Part shown: one piece after another, positions 40,884 to 49,400 of the stretch
How positions within the stretch are numbered: the first letter of the stretch is position 1
Layout: each line of letters starts with the position of its first letter
NCBI GenBank assembly: GCA_965261005.1
Contig: OZ253375.1
Location: forward strand, 1,920,001-1,984,000
DNA: 64,000 bases
Direction: 5' to 3'
DNA from: Deinococcus sp.
Lineage (GTDB): Bacteria; Deinococcota; Deinococci; Deinococcales; Deinococcaceae
Notes under the pieces: model-generated
What the model was told of the DNA's origin: nothing
The model's database searches: none
The model's input: only the letters and a program-made list of their open reading frames with translations
Position numbers and translations under genes: made by a program

Positions 40884-41633
40884 ATGATTGAAGTCAAGAA
40901 CCTGGAGAAACGCTTTCCGGACGGCACGCTCGCCTTGTCCAACGTCAACGTCCGTATTCCCGACGGCGACTTCGTGGCGGTGATCGGGCTGTCGGGGGCG
41001 GGCAAGTCCACCTTTTTGCGCTGCCTGAACCGCTTGGTGGACCCCAGCAGCGGCTCAATTACGGTGAACGGGCAGGACGTGGCCCATTTGCGCGGCGCGG
41101 CCATTCAGCGGTACCGCCGCACGGTCGGCTTCGTGTTTCAGCAGTTCAACTTGGTCACGCGCCTGAGCGTACTGGAAAACGTGCTGCACGGCCGGCTGGG
41201 CTACCACGGCACGCTGCGCGGCATGCTGGGCCTGTATCCCCAAGAGGACTACGCCATCGCCCGCGACGCCATCCGCTTGGTCGGCCTTCAGGAAAAGGAG
41301 AACACCCGCGTCAGCAGCCTGTCGGGCGGGCAGCAGCAGCGGGTCGCCATCGCCCGCGCGATGGCCCAGCGCCCGCAGCTGATGCTGGCCGACGAGCCGA
41401 TGGCCAGCCTCGACCCGCGCTTGTCGGACGTGATCCTGGGCATCCTGCGCGAGTACAACCAGGAGCGCGGCGTGACGGTCCTGATCAACATTCACGTCCT
41501 GGAACACGCCCGGCGCTACTGCAAGAGATTCCTCGCCTTTAACAAGGGCGAGCTGATCGCCGACGGCCCGATCGAGGACCTGACGCCGGAACTCGAAGAG
41601 AAGGTCTACGCCGGAAATTTGGAGACCTTGTGA
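40884..41633 (+). CDS. phnC: Phosphonate ABC ATPase
   Basis: GLSGAGKSTFLRCLNRL, LSGGQQQRVAIARA, ADEPMASLDP. Confidence 0.9.
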   Translation: MIEVKNLEKRFPDGTLALSNVNVRIPDGDFVAVIGLSGAGKSTFLRCLNRLVDPSSGSITVNGQDVAHLRGAAIQRYRRTVGFVFQQFNLVTRLSVLENVLHGRLGYHGTLRGMLGLYPQEDYAIARDAIRLVGLQEKENTRVSSLSGGQQQRVAIARAMAQRPQLMLADEPMASLDPRLSDVILGILREYNQERGVTVLINIHVLEHARRYCKRFLAFNKGELIADGPIEDLTPELEEKVYAGNLETL

Positions 41634-43276
41634 TTGTTCTGTTGCTGTACGCCCTGGGCGGCGCCCTGGTCGCCTACCTCGGCTCGCTGGCGCGCGGCAG
41701 CTTGCGGCGCCTGAGCGTCGCGGGGGCGCTGGCCGTGCTGATCGCCGCGCTGACGTTGCCCCTCAGCGCGGGGGCGGGGCTGCGCTCCAGCGATTCGGTG
41801 GACGCCACGGTGCTGGGGTTGCTGCCGGTCTTTCCCGCCTTCGCCCTGGTGCTGGCCGCGCCGGTGGTGGCCCTGCTCGCGCTGCGGCGGGGCGGCCGGG
41901 TGGGCGGTCTGGTCAGCTTGGTCGCCGGCGCCGCCGCGCTGCTGACGCTGACCCTGTGGGTGACGCGCCCGCCGAGCCTGGGCCAACTGCTGCCGGTGCC
42001 CGGCGTGATGGAGATTTTGGTGGGCCTGGCCGTCTTCGCCTTCGTGCAGGTGTTCACGCTGTCGAGCAAGCCGCTGCGGCTGGGCGGCCTGATTCTGGGG
42101 GCGGTGCTGGGGATAGCGGCCAGCGTCTCCCTGCTGTCGCCGGGGGGACGGGCCATCTTTCCGAACACGGCGGGCTATTACCAGCTGATCACGCCGACCA
42201 CGGCCGCGCAGAATACAGCGCTGATCGAGACCTACAACGGAAATTTGGCGGGCCTGAACGAGATTCGCCAGGAGGCCGGGCTGGCCCAGCTCGCCCCCAT
42301 CCGCTCGGTCGAGGACCTGACCGAGCAGGGCTTGCCGCAGGCCATCGCCGAGCGCGGGTTCCGGGCGCTGCGCCCGGCCCAAACGCGCTACGGGGCGCCG
42401 CTGCTCTTCTTCATGGGCGGCCTGCTGCTGACGGCTGGCGCCCTTCAGGCGCGCTTTCCGGGGCTGCAGGAGGCCGGCGATTGGCTGACGGGCGGCGTGA
42501 TCGCGCTCACGCTGAACTTGCTGGTGCCGTCCTTTTACGCGACCAACTTCAACCTCGGCGAGTTGGCGCGCGGGGCGCCCTTTTTGCGCGACTTCGCTTC
42601 CCGCTCGTGGCCGCCCCTGCTCACGCGCGTCAACCCCGACAACCCAAGTGCCAACATCTACCCCCTGCAAGAGGTCCTGAGCCAGATGGCCCTGACCATC
42701 GAGATCGCTCTAGTCGGCACCTTTCTGGCAGCCCTCTTCGCGGTGCCGCTCTCGTTTCTGGCGGCGCGCAACCTGACCGCGCGCAGCCCCTTGATGCGCT
42801 TCTTTTACGGCGTCACGCGCACCTTTTTCAACGTGGACCGCGGCGTGGACACCCTGATCCTGGCGCTGATCTTCGTGGCCGCCGTGGGCTTGGGGCCGTT
42901 CGCGGGCGTGCTGGCGATGGCGATTCACTCGGTCGCCGACCTCGGCAAGCTCTACTCCGAGGCCATCGAGAACGTGGACAGGGGGCCTATCGAGGCGCTG
43001 GAGTCGGTGGGCACCTCGGGCACCAACGTGCTGCGCTGGGCCATTCTGCCGCAGGTCTTGCCGCTCTTCACCTCCTACACGCTCTACCGCTTCGAGATCA
43101 ACTTCCGGGTCTCCATCGTGCTGGGTTTCGTGGGTGCGGGCGGCATCGGCTTTTTCATTCAGGGGGCGATGGCCGCCGGCAACTACAACCAGATGATCAT
43201 CGGCGTGATCGCCATTGTGCTGGTCGTGAACCTGATTGACTTTTTGTCCAGCGAGGTGCGCCGCCGGTTGATCTGA
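41630..43276 (+). CDS. phnE: Phosphonate ABC permease with a long N-terminal membrane extension
   Basis: GLGPFAGVLA, GKLYSEAIE, LYRFEINFR.S.VLG.VGAGGIG. Confidence 0.87.
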   Translation: MIVLLLYALGGALVAYLGSLARGSLRRLSVAGALAVLIAALTLPLSAGAGLRSSDSVDATVLGLLPVFPAFALVLAAPVVALLALRRGGRVGGLVSLVAGAAALLTLTLWVTRPPSLGQLLPVPGVMEILVGLAVFAFVQVFTLSSKPLRLGGLILGAVLGIAASVSLLSPGGRAIFPNTAGYYQLITPTTAAQNTALIETYNGNLAGLNEIRQEAGLAQLAPIRSVEDLTEQGLPQAIAERGFRALRPAQTRYGAPLLFFMGGLLLTAGALQARFPGLQEAGDWLTGGVIALTLNLLVPSFYATNFNLGELARGAPFLRDFASRSWPPLLTRVNPDNPSANIYPLQEVLSQMALTIEIALVGTFLAALFAVPLSFLAARNLTARSPLMRFFYGVTRTFFNVDRGVDTLILALIFVAAVGLGPFAGVLAMAIHSVADLGKLYSEAIENVDRGPIEALESVGTSGTNVLRWAILPQVLPLFTSYTLYRFEINFRVSIVLGFVGAGGIGFFIQGAMAAGNYNQMIIGVIAIVLVVNLIDFLSSEVRRRLI

Positions 43277-43292
43277 GGCTTATGCCCCTGGT

Positions 43293-44585
43293 ATGAGCAT
43301 GTCTCGTGAGGCCCGCGCCATCGCGGTGCAGCCCCAGTGGCGGGTGTCCGACTACCGCACGGAGGCCAGCTTTCGCGCCTGGCTGCGCGGCCAGCTGGAG
43401 ACCGCGAGGCCGCACCTCTCGCCGGACAAACCCAACTTGGTGGTCCTCACCGAACTCAACGGGCTGCCGCTGCTGCTGCGCGGGGCATTCTTCGCGGCGC
43501 GGGCACCGAGTTTTCAAGCGGCCCTGGCCCTGCTGCTGCTGCGCCATTTGCCGGCGGCCATCTGGCTGGCGCGGCGCGAGCGGGTGGGCCTGGCGCGCGG
43601 GCTGCTGCTGGCCCTGGCGCCGGACACGGCGCGGGTGTACCTCGCGGCCTGCCGCGACCTGGCGCGCGAGTACGGCGTGTACCTGGTTTGCGGCAGCGCG
43701 CCGCTGCCCCATTTTGAAGAGCGTGCTGGGCGGTTGGTGATTTCCGGCGGCGCGGTATACAACGGGGCCGTCATCCTCGGGCCGGACGGCCAGCTGATCG
43801 GCGTCGCCGACAAGGTCTACCTCACCCCGGACGAGGGGCCGGGGGCACTCGATTTGTCAGAGGGAAAGTTAACCGACCTGCGGGTTTTCCCGACCCCCGT
43901 GGGCGACCTCGGCGTGGCGACCAGCCTGGACGCCTTCAAAAGCGACCTGATCGCACACCTGGACAACTTGGGAACCACCGTGCTGCTGCAACCCGACGCC
44001 AACGGGGCGGTGTGGACCGACCTGGAGCAGCTGCCCGCGCCGGGAACCGCCACGCCGCGCGACCAGCCCCTCGCGTGGCTGGACAGTTCCTGGGCCGCCG
44101 TGCAGCGCGCCCGCAACATCCGCTACGCCGTCAACCCGATGGTGGTCGGTAACCTGTTCGACGTCGCCTTCGACGGCCAAAGCGCCATCGTGGCGCGGGC
44201 GGGTGAGGCAGAAGAAAAGCGAAGCTACGTGCTGACCGAGCCGCGCGGGGGCTTTCTGGCGCTGGCCCCCTGGGTCGCCGAGGGGCCGCCGGAGCAGCTG
44301 CGCCAAGTTGGCCGCGAATTGGCACCCGGCTCGGGAAGCGGGCGTGAAAACCGCTACCGCAGCGAGGTTTTGGCGGCCGACTTGCGCCTGCCGGCCAGCC
44401 CGGCGCAGAAGCTTCCGCCGCGCCCACACGAAAGAGCTTTGCAAGCTTTTTTATCCGGCAAGGCGACGCTTCGGGCAGAGCCTGGCGTTCGCACGCTGAA
44501 CGTGCTGTGGCCCGCCGTCTGGATTGGCGCGGTGTTGTACGGCTTGGGGCTGCTTTTTTACCGTCATAGTCAAAAGTTGCAGTGA
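43293..44585 (+). CDS. Carbon-nitrogen hydrolase (nitrilase-fold) family protein
   Basis: VVLTE, ADKVYL, ATSLDAF (Ser at the usual Cys position). Confidence 0.72.
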   Translation: MSMSREARAIAVQPQWRVSDYRTEASFRAWLRGQLETARPHLSPDKPNLVVLTELNGLPLLLRGAFFAARAPSFQAALALLLLRHLPAAIWLARRERVGLARGLLLALAPDTARVYLAACRDLAREYGVYLVCGSAPLPHFEERAGRLVISGGAVYNGAVILGPDGQLIGVADKVYLTPDEGPGALDLSEGKLTDLRVFPTPVGDLGVATSLDAFKSDLIAHLDNLGTTVLLQPDANGAVWTDLEQLPAPGTATPRDQPLAWLDSSWAAVQRARNIRYAVNPMVVGNLFDVAFDGQSAIVARAGEAEEKRSYVLTEPRGGFLALAPWVAEGPPEQLRQVGRELAPGSGSGRENRYRSEVLAADLRLPASPAQKLPPRPHERALQAFLSGKATLRAEPGVRTLNVLWPAVWIGAVLYGLGLLFYRHSQKLQ

Positions 44586-44661
44586 CGCGGCGGTACAAGT
44601 GGGGGGTAGGAGGGCAGGAAGGGCCTCCGGCCCGGCGAGGACAGCGCGAAATCTAAGCCTG

Positions 44662-44820
44662 ATACGGATTTCGGAAACTCGGTCAACGAAGTTGACGGAC
44701 TTTCCAGTGGAGCGGAGAGGAAAAGGATACGGGTTTCGCGGTTTGGAGCAACATCGTGGCGGCCGTCTTGCCGAGCCTTGGCGCTGTTAAGGGTGTTGAG
44801 GAAATAAGCGGAATCCGTGT
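44662..44820 (-). repeat. Full copy of the SRE/SNR-like intergenic repeat
   Basis: ATACGGATTTCG...CGGAATCCGTGT ends; internal GTCAAC-GAA-GTTGAC hairpin. Confidence 0.8.
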
Positions 44821-44876
44821 TAGCAAGGTCATCCTGAGCGTGGCCGAGCGGGTGAAGAAAGAGTTGAGCCGCCGTC

Positions 44877-45188
44877 ATGTCCACGCCCGCCGGGTTTTTC
44901 TACACTCTAAGTGTGCGTCAGGACATCGAGACCACTTGGATGGAAGACCTCAGCGCCCGGCAGCGCGAGCGGCTGCGCTGGCTGCGCGACCACAAGTGCC
45001 GCTTCGAGGCTGCCCGGGTCTTGGCGGCGCCCCAAGGCGACCGGCCGGAGACGTTTCTATTGGAAGTCTTTCTCGACAACTACGCGGTGGTGCGCGAGCG
45101 CGGCGAGGATGTGGCCGAGGTGTTTGACCGCGCCGTCGGGCAGATGGGGGCGCTGCTCCGGTTTGAGACCGACGGGAACGTGGAATAG
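44877..45188 (+). CDS. Small hypothetical protein, paralog of the next gene (start may be GTG at ~44912)
   Basis: W.EDLS..Q..RLRWLRDHKC..EA. Confidence 0.7.
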   Translation: MSTPAGFFYTLSVRQDIETTWMEDLSARQRERLRWLRDHKCRFEAARVLAAPQGDRPETFLLEVFLDNYAVVRERGEDVAEVFDRAVGQMGALLRFETDGNVE

Positions 45189-45194
45189 TCGGGC

Positions 45195-45473
45195 ATGCCC
45201 TCTGATATTGCCCAAATTTGGACCGACGCCCTCAGCGAGGCGCAACTGCGCCAGCTTCAGTGGCTGCGCGACCGCAAGTGCTTGGTCGAGGCGCAGCTGG
45301 CCCCGGCCGACCCGCTGCGCGACCAGCCCGAGGAGGTCATGCTCGAAGTCGTGGTGGACAAGCACGCCATCGTCAAGATTCGCGGCGGCGACATCCCCGA
45401 GATGTTCGACAAGGCGTTCATGGCAGCGCAGAACCTCTTCAATTACGTCAACCAGCGCGAGGACCGGCTGTAG
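45195..45473 (+). CDS. Small hypothetical protein, tandem paralog
   Basis: W.DALSEAQLRQLQWLRDRKC.VEA. Confidence 0.75.
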   Translation: MPSDIAQIWTDALSEAQLRQLQWLRDRKCLVEAQLAPADPLRDQPEEVMLEVVVDKHAIVKIRGGDIPEMFDKAFMAAQNLFNYVNQREDRL

Positions 45474-45486
45474 CCGCGAACCAAAA

Positions 45487-45564
45487 GCAAAACCCGTATC
45501 TTGTTCCCATCCGCTCCGCTGGAAACTCAGTCAACGAAGTTGACTGAGTTTCCAAAATCCGTAT
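45487..45564 (+). repeat. Partial SRE/SNR-like repeat containing an empty IS110 target
   Basis: AAAACCCGTATCTTGTTCCCATCCGCTCCGCT...AATCCGTAT. Confidence 0.8.
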
Positions 45565-46379
45565 CAGCCCTGCCGAATGTTCCCGAGGCGGGCCGCCAGC
45601 CAGGCCGCCGCCTCGTCCACGGCCGCCGGGGGCAGGGCGTGGCCGGCGTCCCACCAGCGCAGCTCCCTCGGTTCCCCCGCCGCGTCGAAGAGCCGCTGGG
45701 CCTGCTCGGGGCGGATCACCGGGTCGTGCCGGCCATTCACCATCAGCAGTGGGCGGCCGTTCAGCCGCTTCACGGCGCGCGGCGGGTCCACCACCGCTCT
45801 CGCCACCCGCGTCAGCGGCGAGTCGGGCAGGTCGCCCCCGGCCGTCAGGACCACCGGCCCGAGGTCCGGCTCGCTGGCCGCCAGCATCACCGCCAAAAAA
45901 GACCCCAGGGAATAGCCCACCACGCCCACGCGCGCCGGGTCCAGCTCGGGCCGCCCCCGCAGCAAGCGCACGCCCAGGGCCGCCTCACGCAGCGCCAGGC
46001 GCCACAGCCGCACGACCTCCAGCGGGTTGCGGGTGTTCTGAAGGTCCAGCGGGTTGCCGCGCGAGCCGTGCATAGGGAGGTCAATGGCGAGGGACGCCAC
46101 GCCGCGCTTGAGCAGGGCGCGGCCCACCGAGTCCGCCATCACCTCTTTGCGGTTGGAAAAGCCGTGCAGCAGCAGCGCGGCCGGCACAGGATCAGAGGGC
46201 ACGGGACCGGAGGCGTCCGGCAATTGAAGCAGGGCGGGCACGGATAGGCTCTCGGCAGAAAAACTCAGGGCGAGCTGCCGGCCGCCGGGAACAGGCTCCT
46301 CGTGGTGGACGGTCTGGGCGACGCTGGGTACCTGAACAGGGTAAACCGGGCAGAGATAGGCAAATGAAAAAGCGGCCAC
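45564..46379 (-). CDS. Alpha/beta hydrolase (start uncertain)
   Basis: LLHGF, GYSLG, GRHD, AGH catalytic triad. Confidence 0.85.
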   Translation of the reverse strand: MAAFSFAYLCPVYPVQVPSVAQTVHHEEPVPGGRQLALSFSAESLSVPALLQLPDASGPVPSDPVPAALLLHGFSNRKEVMADSVGRALLKRGVASLAIDLPMHGSRGNPLDLQNTRNPLEVVRLWRLALREAALGVRLLRGRPELDPARVGVVGYSLGSFLAVMLAASEPDLGPVVLTAGGDLPDSPLTRVARAVVDPPRAVKRLNGRPLLMVNGRHDPVIRPEQAQRLFDAAGEPRELRWWDAGHALPPAAVDEAAAWLAARLGNIRQG

Positions 46380-46427
46380 TTGGGCCGCTGATTTCTAAAC
46401 GTTAGCACGGTATGCACGGAAAGTCAA
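46367..46427 (-). repeat. 61-bp promoter/terminator unit R4
   Basis: TTGACT-17-TAACGT-TTAGAAATCAGCGGCCCAAGTGGCCGCTTTTT. Confidence 0.9.
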
Positions 46428-46456
46428 ACCTATCCGCCGGATATTCGGCGGCGCGC

Positions 46457-47938
46457 TCAGCCCACCACGTCCCCCACCGCCGCCGCCGGTTCGAGCTTTG
46501 GCTCCAGCGCGGGCGAGACGCCCAGGCGGTTGATGCCGTCGAAGGCGGCCACCTTGTAGCACTCGGCCAAGGTGGGGTAGTTGAAAACCGTGTTCACGAA
46601 GTAGTCCACCGTGCCGCCGAAGGCCATCACCGCCTGGCCGATGTGGACCAGCTCGCTGGCCCCCGTGCCGATGATGTGGACGCCCAGCAGCTCGCGGGTG
46701 TCCAGGTGGAAGATCAGCTTGAGGGTCCCCTGCTCGTCGCCGAGGATCTGGCCGCGCGCAATTTCGCGGTACTGGGCCTTGCCGATCTCGTAGGGGACGC
46801 CCGCCTGGGTCAGCTCCTCCTCGTTCTTGCCGACCGTGCTGATCTCGGGAATGGTGTAGATGCCGTAGGGAAACAGCTCCGGCACGCTCTGCGTTACGAC
46901 GCCAAAGGCGTGGCAGGCCGCCAAGCGCCCCTGCTCCATGCTGACGCTCGCGAGGCTGGGAAAGCCGATCACGTCGCCCACCGCGTAGATCGAGTTCACC
47001 CCGGTCTGGTAATGCTCGTTCACCCCGATGTGGCCGCGCTCGTCGGCGCTCAGGCCGGCGGCCTCCAGATTCAGGCTGCCCACGGCGCCCACCCGGCCCA
47101 CCGCGTACAGCACCAGGTCGCTCACGATCTCCTTGCCGCTCGCCAGCTCCACCCGCACCCGCTCGCCGCTCCCGTCCGGCACCTTTTCAACCGCGCGCAC
47201 CGCCTCGCCCAGGCGCAGCGTCATGCGGTTCTGGCGCAGCTGGTAGGCCAGCACGTCGGTGATCTCGTGGTCCACGAACTCCAGCAGGCGGGCGCGCTTG
47301 TCCACCAGCGTCACCCGCGCGCCCAGGGCGGCGAACATGCTGGCGTACTCGCAGCCGATCACGCCGCCGCCGATCACCGTGACGCTGCGCGGCAGGACAC
47401 GCAAGTCGAGGATGTCGTCGCTGATGATGACCTGCCGCCCGTCGAAGGGAATGCCCGCCCCCCGCGCCGCCTGGGTGCCAGTCGCGATCACCACGAAGCG
47501 CGCCGTCACGTCGCGCCAGCCGTCGCCGCGCACGTCGCGCAGCCGGACGGTATTCGGCCCCATAAAGGACGCCTCGGCGTTCAGACTCTCCACCCCATTG
47601 CGGTGGAGCTGGCTGCGCACCACGTCCAACTCGTGCGCCATCACGCTGCCCGTTCGCAGCAGCAGGTCCTGCACCGTGATGTCCTGCTTGACGCTGTAGG
47701 CCGAGCCGTAGAAGCCGCGCTCGGTGTAGCCGCTCAGGTGCAAGATGGCCTCGCGAAAGGTCTTGGACGGAATGGTCCCGGTGTTGATGCACACGCCGCC
47801 CACCACCGCCCGGCGCTCGACCACCGCCACCTTCTTGCCCAGCTTGGCGGCCTGAATTGCGGCCCGCTGCCCGCCGGGGCCGGACCCGATCACCAGCAGG
47901 TCGTAGGTGTACTCCTCGGGCGAAGCGGGCTGGGTCAT
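46457..47938 (-). CDS. sthA: Soluble (Si-specific) NAD(P)+ transhydrogenase
   Basis: GSGPGGQRAA, GGVCINTGTIPSKT (single Cys), GIYTIPEIS, FNYPTLAECYKVAA. Confidence 0.9.
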   Translation of the reverse strand: MTQPASPEEYTYDLLVIGSGPGGQRAAIQAAKLGKKVAVVERRAVVGGVCINTGTIPSKTFREAILHLSGYTERGFYGSAYSVKQDITVQDLLLRTGSVMAHELDVVRSQLHRNGVESLNAEASFMGPNTVRLRDVRGDGWRDVTARFVVIATGTQAARGAGIPFDGRQVIISDDILDLRVLPRSVTVIGGGVIGCEYASMFAALGARVTLVDKRARLLEFVDHEITDVLAYQLRQNRMTLRLGEAVRAVEKVPDGSGERVRVELASGKEIVSDLVLYAVGRVGAVGSLNLEAAGLSADERGHIGVNEHYQTGVNSIYAVGDVIGFPSLASVSMEQGRLAACHAFGVVTQSVPELFPYGIYTIPEISTVGKNEEELTQAGVPYEIGKAQYREIARGQILGDEQGTLKLIFHLDTRELLGVHIIGTGASELVHIGQAVMAFGGTVDYFVNTVFNYPTLAECYKVAAFDGINRLGVSPALEPKLEPAAAVGDVVG

Positions 47939-47980
47939 ACGTCACCTCGGGAATGGGAGGATGGGGCGCCGGAGGGAATG

Positions 47981-48041
47981 AAAAAGCGGCCTGAGTGGCC
48001 GCTGATTTCTAAAGGATAGCGCGGTATGCAGCGGAAGTCAA
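47981..48041 (-). repeat. 61-bp promoter/terminator unit R5
   Basis: TTGACT-17-TATCCT-TTAGAAATCAGCGGCCACTCAGGCCGCTTTTT. Confidence 0.9.
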
Positions 48042-48050
48042 ATGTATTCG

Positions 48051-48279
48051 TTGAAAGCCGGACGAAAGTCAGAATGTTATCCAACAGCACGACGCCTTGC
48101 GAGGCAGAACCGGGGTTGCCTGACCTTTTTGTGCAAAATAAGCAGCATCAGCCCCAGGAGCTGTGAATAAAGGCGTCCGTATTCAGTCAGCTATACATCA
48201 GACTTGCCAATGGATGTAAGCTCTGAATACCCTTCCAGACAGCATTTTTGAGCTTCACTGAGTTTTGTCCGGCTTTCAA
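48051..48279. mobile_element. 229-bp MITE-like element
   Basis: 22-bp TIRs (TTGAAAGCCGGACGAAAGTCAG, 20/22 match) flanked by a 6-bp direct repeat TATTCG. Confidence 0.75.
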
Positions 48280-48345
48280 TATTCGCCGGGTGTTGCAGGG
48301 CAACCGCAAAGTCCCGAAACGAGGGCGAACTTGCCTGCGTAGCTT

Positions 48346-48450
48346 CTCCTCCCCTTGAAGGGGAGGTTGGGAGGGGGGGTAAACGAGTTGACCCACACGC
48401 ACGCCGCAGTACCCCCCTCCCCGGCCCTCCCCCGCAAGGGGGGAGGGAGA
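48346..48450. repeat. Inverted pair of REP-like CCCTCCCC repeats
   Basis: CTCCCC-TTGAA-GGGGAG...CCCCCCTCCCCGGCCCTCCCCC-GCAA-GGGGGGAGGG. Confidence 0.6.
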
Positions 48451-48512
48451 AAGATCAAATGCCGACTTTGCGGTTGTCCTGTACATGTTTCGAGTGCCCG
48501 ATAGGAACGGCC

Positions 48513-48947
48513 TCAGTCGCGCACGGCTCCGGGCATAAGCGCCCGCGCGACCCGTAGCAGGTCGGCGTCGAAGGTCAGGAAGCGCAGCGGCACCGCTTGG
48601 CGGGCTTCGAGCGCCGAGGCCAAGTGCAGCGCGTCCATCGCGCGCAGGCGGGCGGCGCGGTGAGCTTTGAGCAAGTCGCCGGCCAAGCGGGAAACGGAAC
48701 GGCTCACCTCAACGACGCTCAGCGTTTCCCAGTCCGCCTCAAAGGCGCCGACCGCCTCGGCGTGCTCGTCCTCGCTGAAGGTGCCCAACAGCAGGCGGCG
48801 CGCGAACACGCCGCGCACCTCGGCATAGCCGATGGTGCTCACGGCCACCTGCGGCGTCTCCTCCACAGCCCGCACGACCAGTTCACGGCCGTCCTCGTCC
48901 ACATACAGCTTTGCCAGGGCGTTCGCGTCCAGGTAAAGGACCGTCAC
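48513..48947 (-). CDS. vapC: VapC-like PIN-domain toxin
   Basis: [28 protein letters not shown]. Confidence 0.88.
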   Translation of the reverse strand: MTVLYLDANALAKLYVDEDGRELVVRAVEETPQVAVSTIGYAEVRGVFARRLLLGTFSEDEHAEAVGAFEADWETLSVVEVSRSVSRLAGDLLKAHRAARLRAMDALHLASALEARQAVPLRFLTFDADLLRVARALMPGAVRD

Positions 48948-49297
48948 TTCTCGCCGCGACCCTCGGAGATGATCTGCTCGCTGGTCGGCTCGCCCCGCGT
49001 GCCGAGGGGTCGGCCGCTGAAGCGAAAAGTTTTGAGCTTCGAGGGGTCGAGAGCAGGTTGATCTTGCGGGGCGAGGTGAGCGAGGGCGGCGCGTACATCC
49101 TGCTCCCCGGCAATCAGGCTATGGGCCTGTCCGATAAAGTGTCCACGCTCCTCGGCGCTCATGCTGCCGAACCACGTCAGCACGTCCTCCTGGGCGCGCA
49201 CTCGGTAGGTGCGGGTGCCTTCGCCCTCAGCCAAAGGCGTAACTCCTAGCTTCTCGGGGTTAGGGCGCAAGCCCTTGTAGCGACTTAACTTGGTCAT
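48944..49297 (-). CDS. Putative antitoxin
   Basis: Overlaps the vapC start (GTGA); C-terminal SEQIISEGR is typical of VapB tails. Confidence 0.6.
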   Translation of the reverse strand: MTKLSRYKGLRPNPEKLGVTPLAEGEGTRTYRVRAQEDVLTWFGSMSAEERGHFIGQAHSLIAGEQDVRAALAHLAPQDQPALDPSKLKTFRFSGRPLGTRGEPTSEQIISEGRGEK

Positions 49298-49400
49298 GCT
49301 CGAAATTGTAGCATAACAGTGTGTGACGCGGTGCTCACCTGATGTTTGTAGACCATGCAGAAATCGAATCATGAAGCAGGCTTAGTAATCATCTTTAGTT

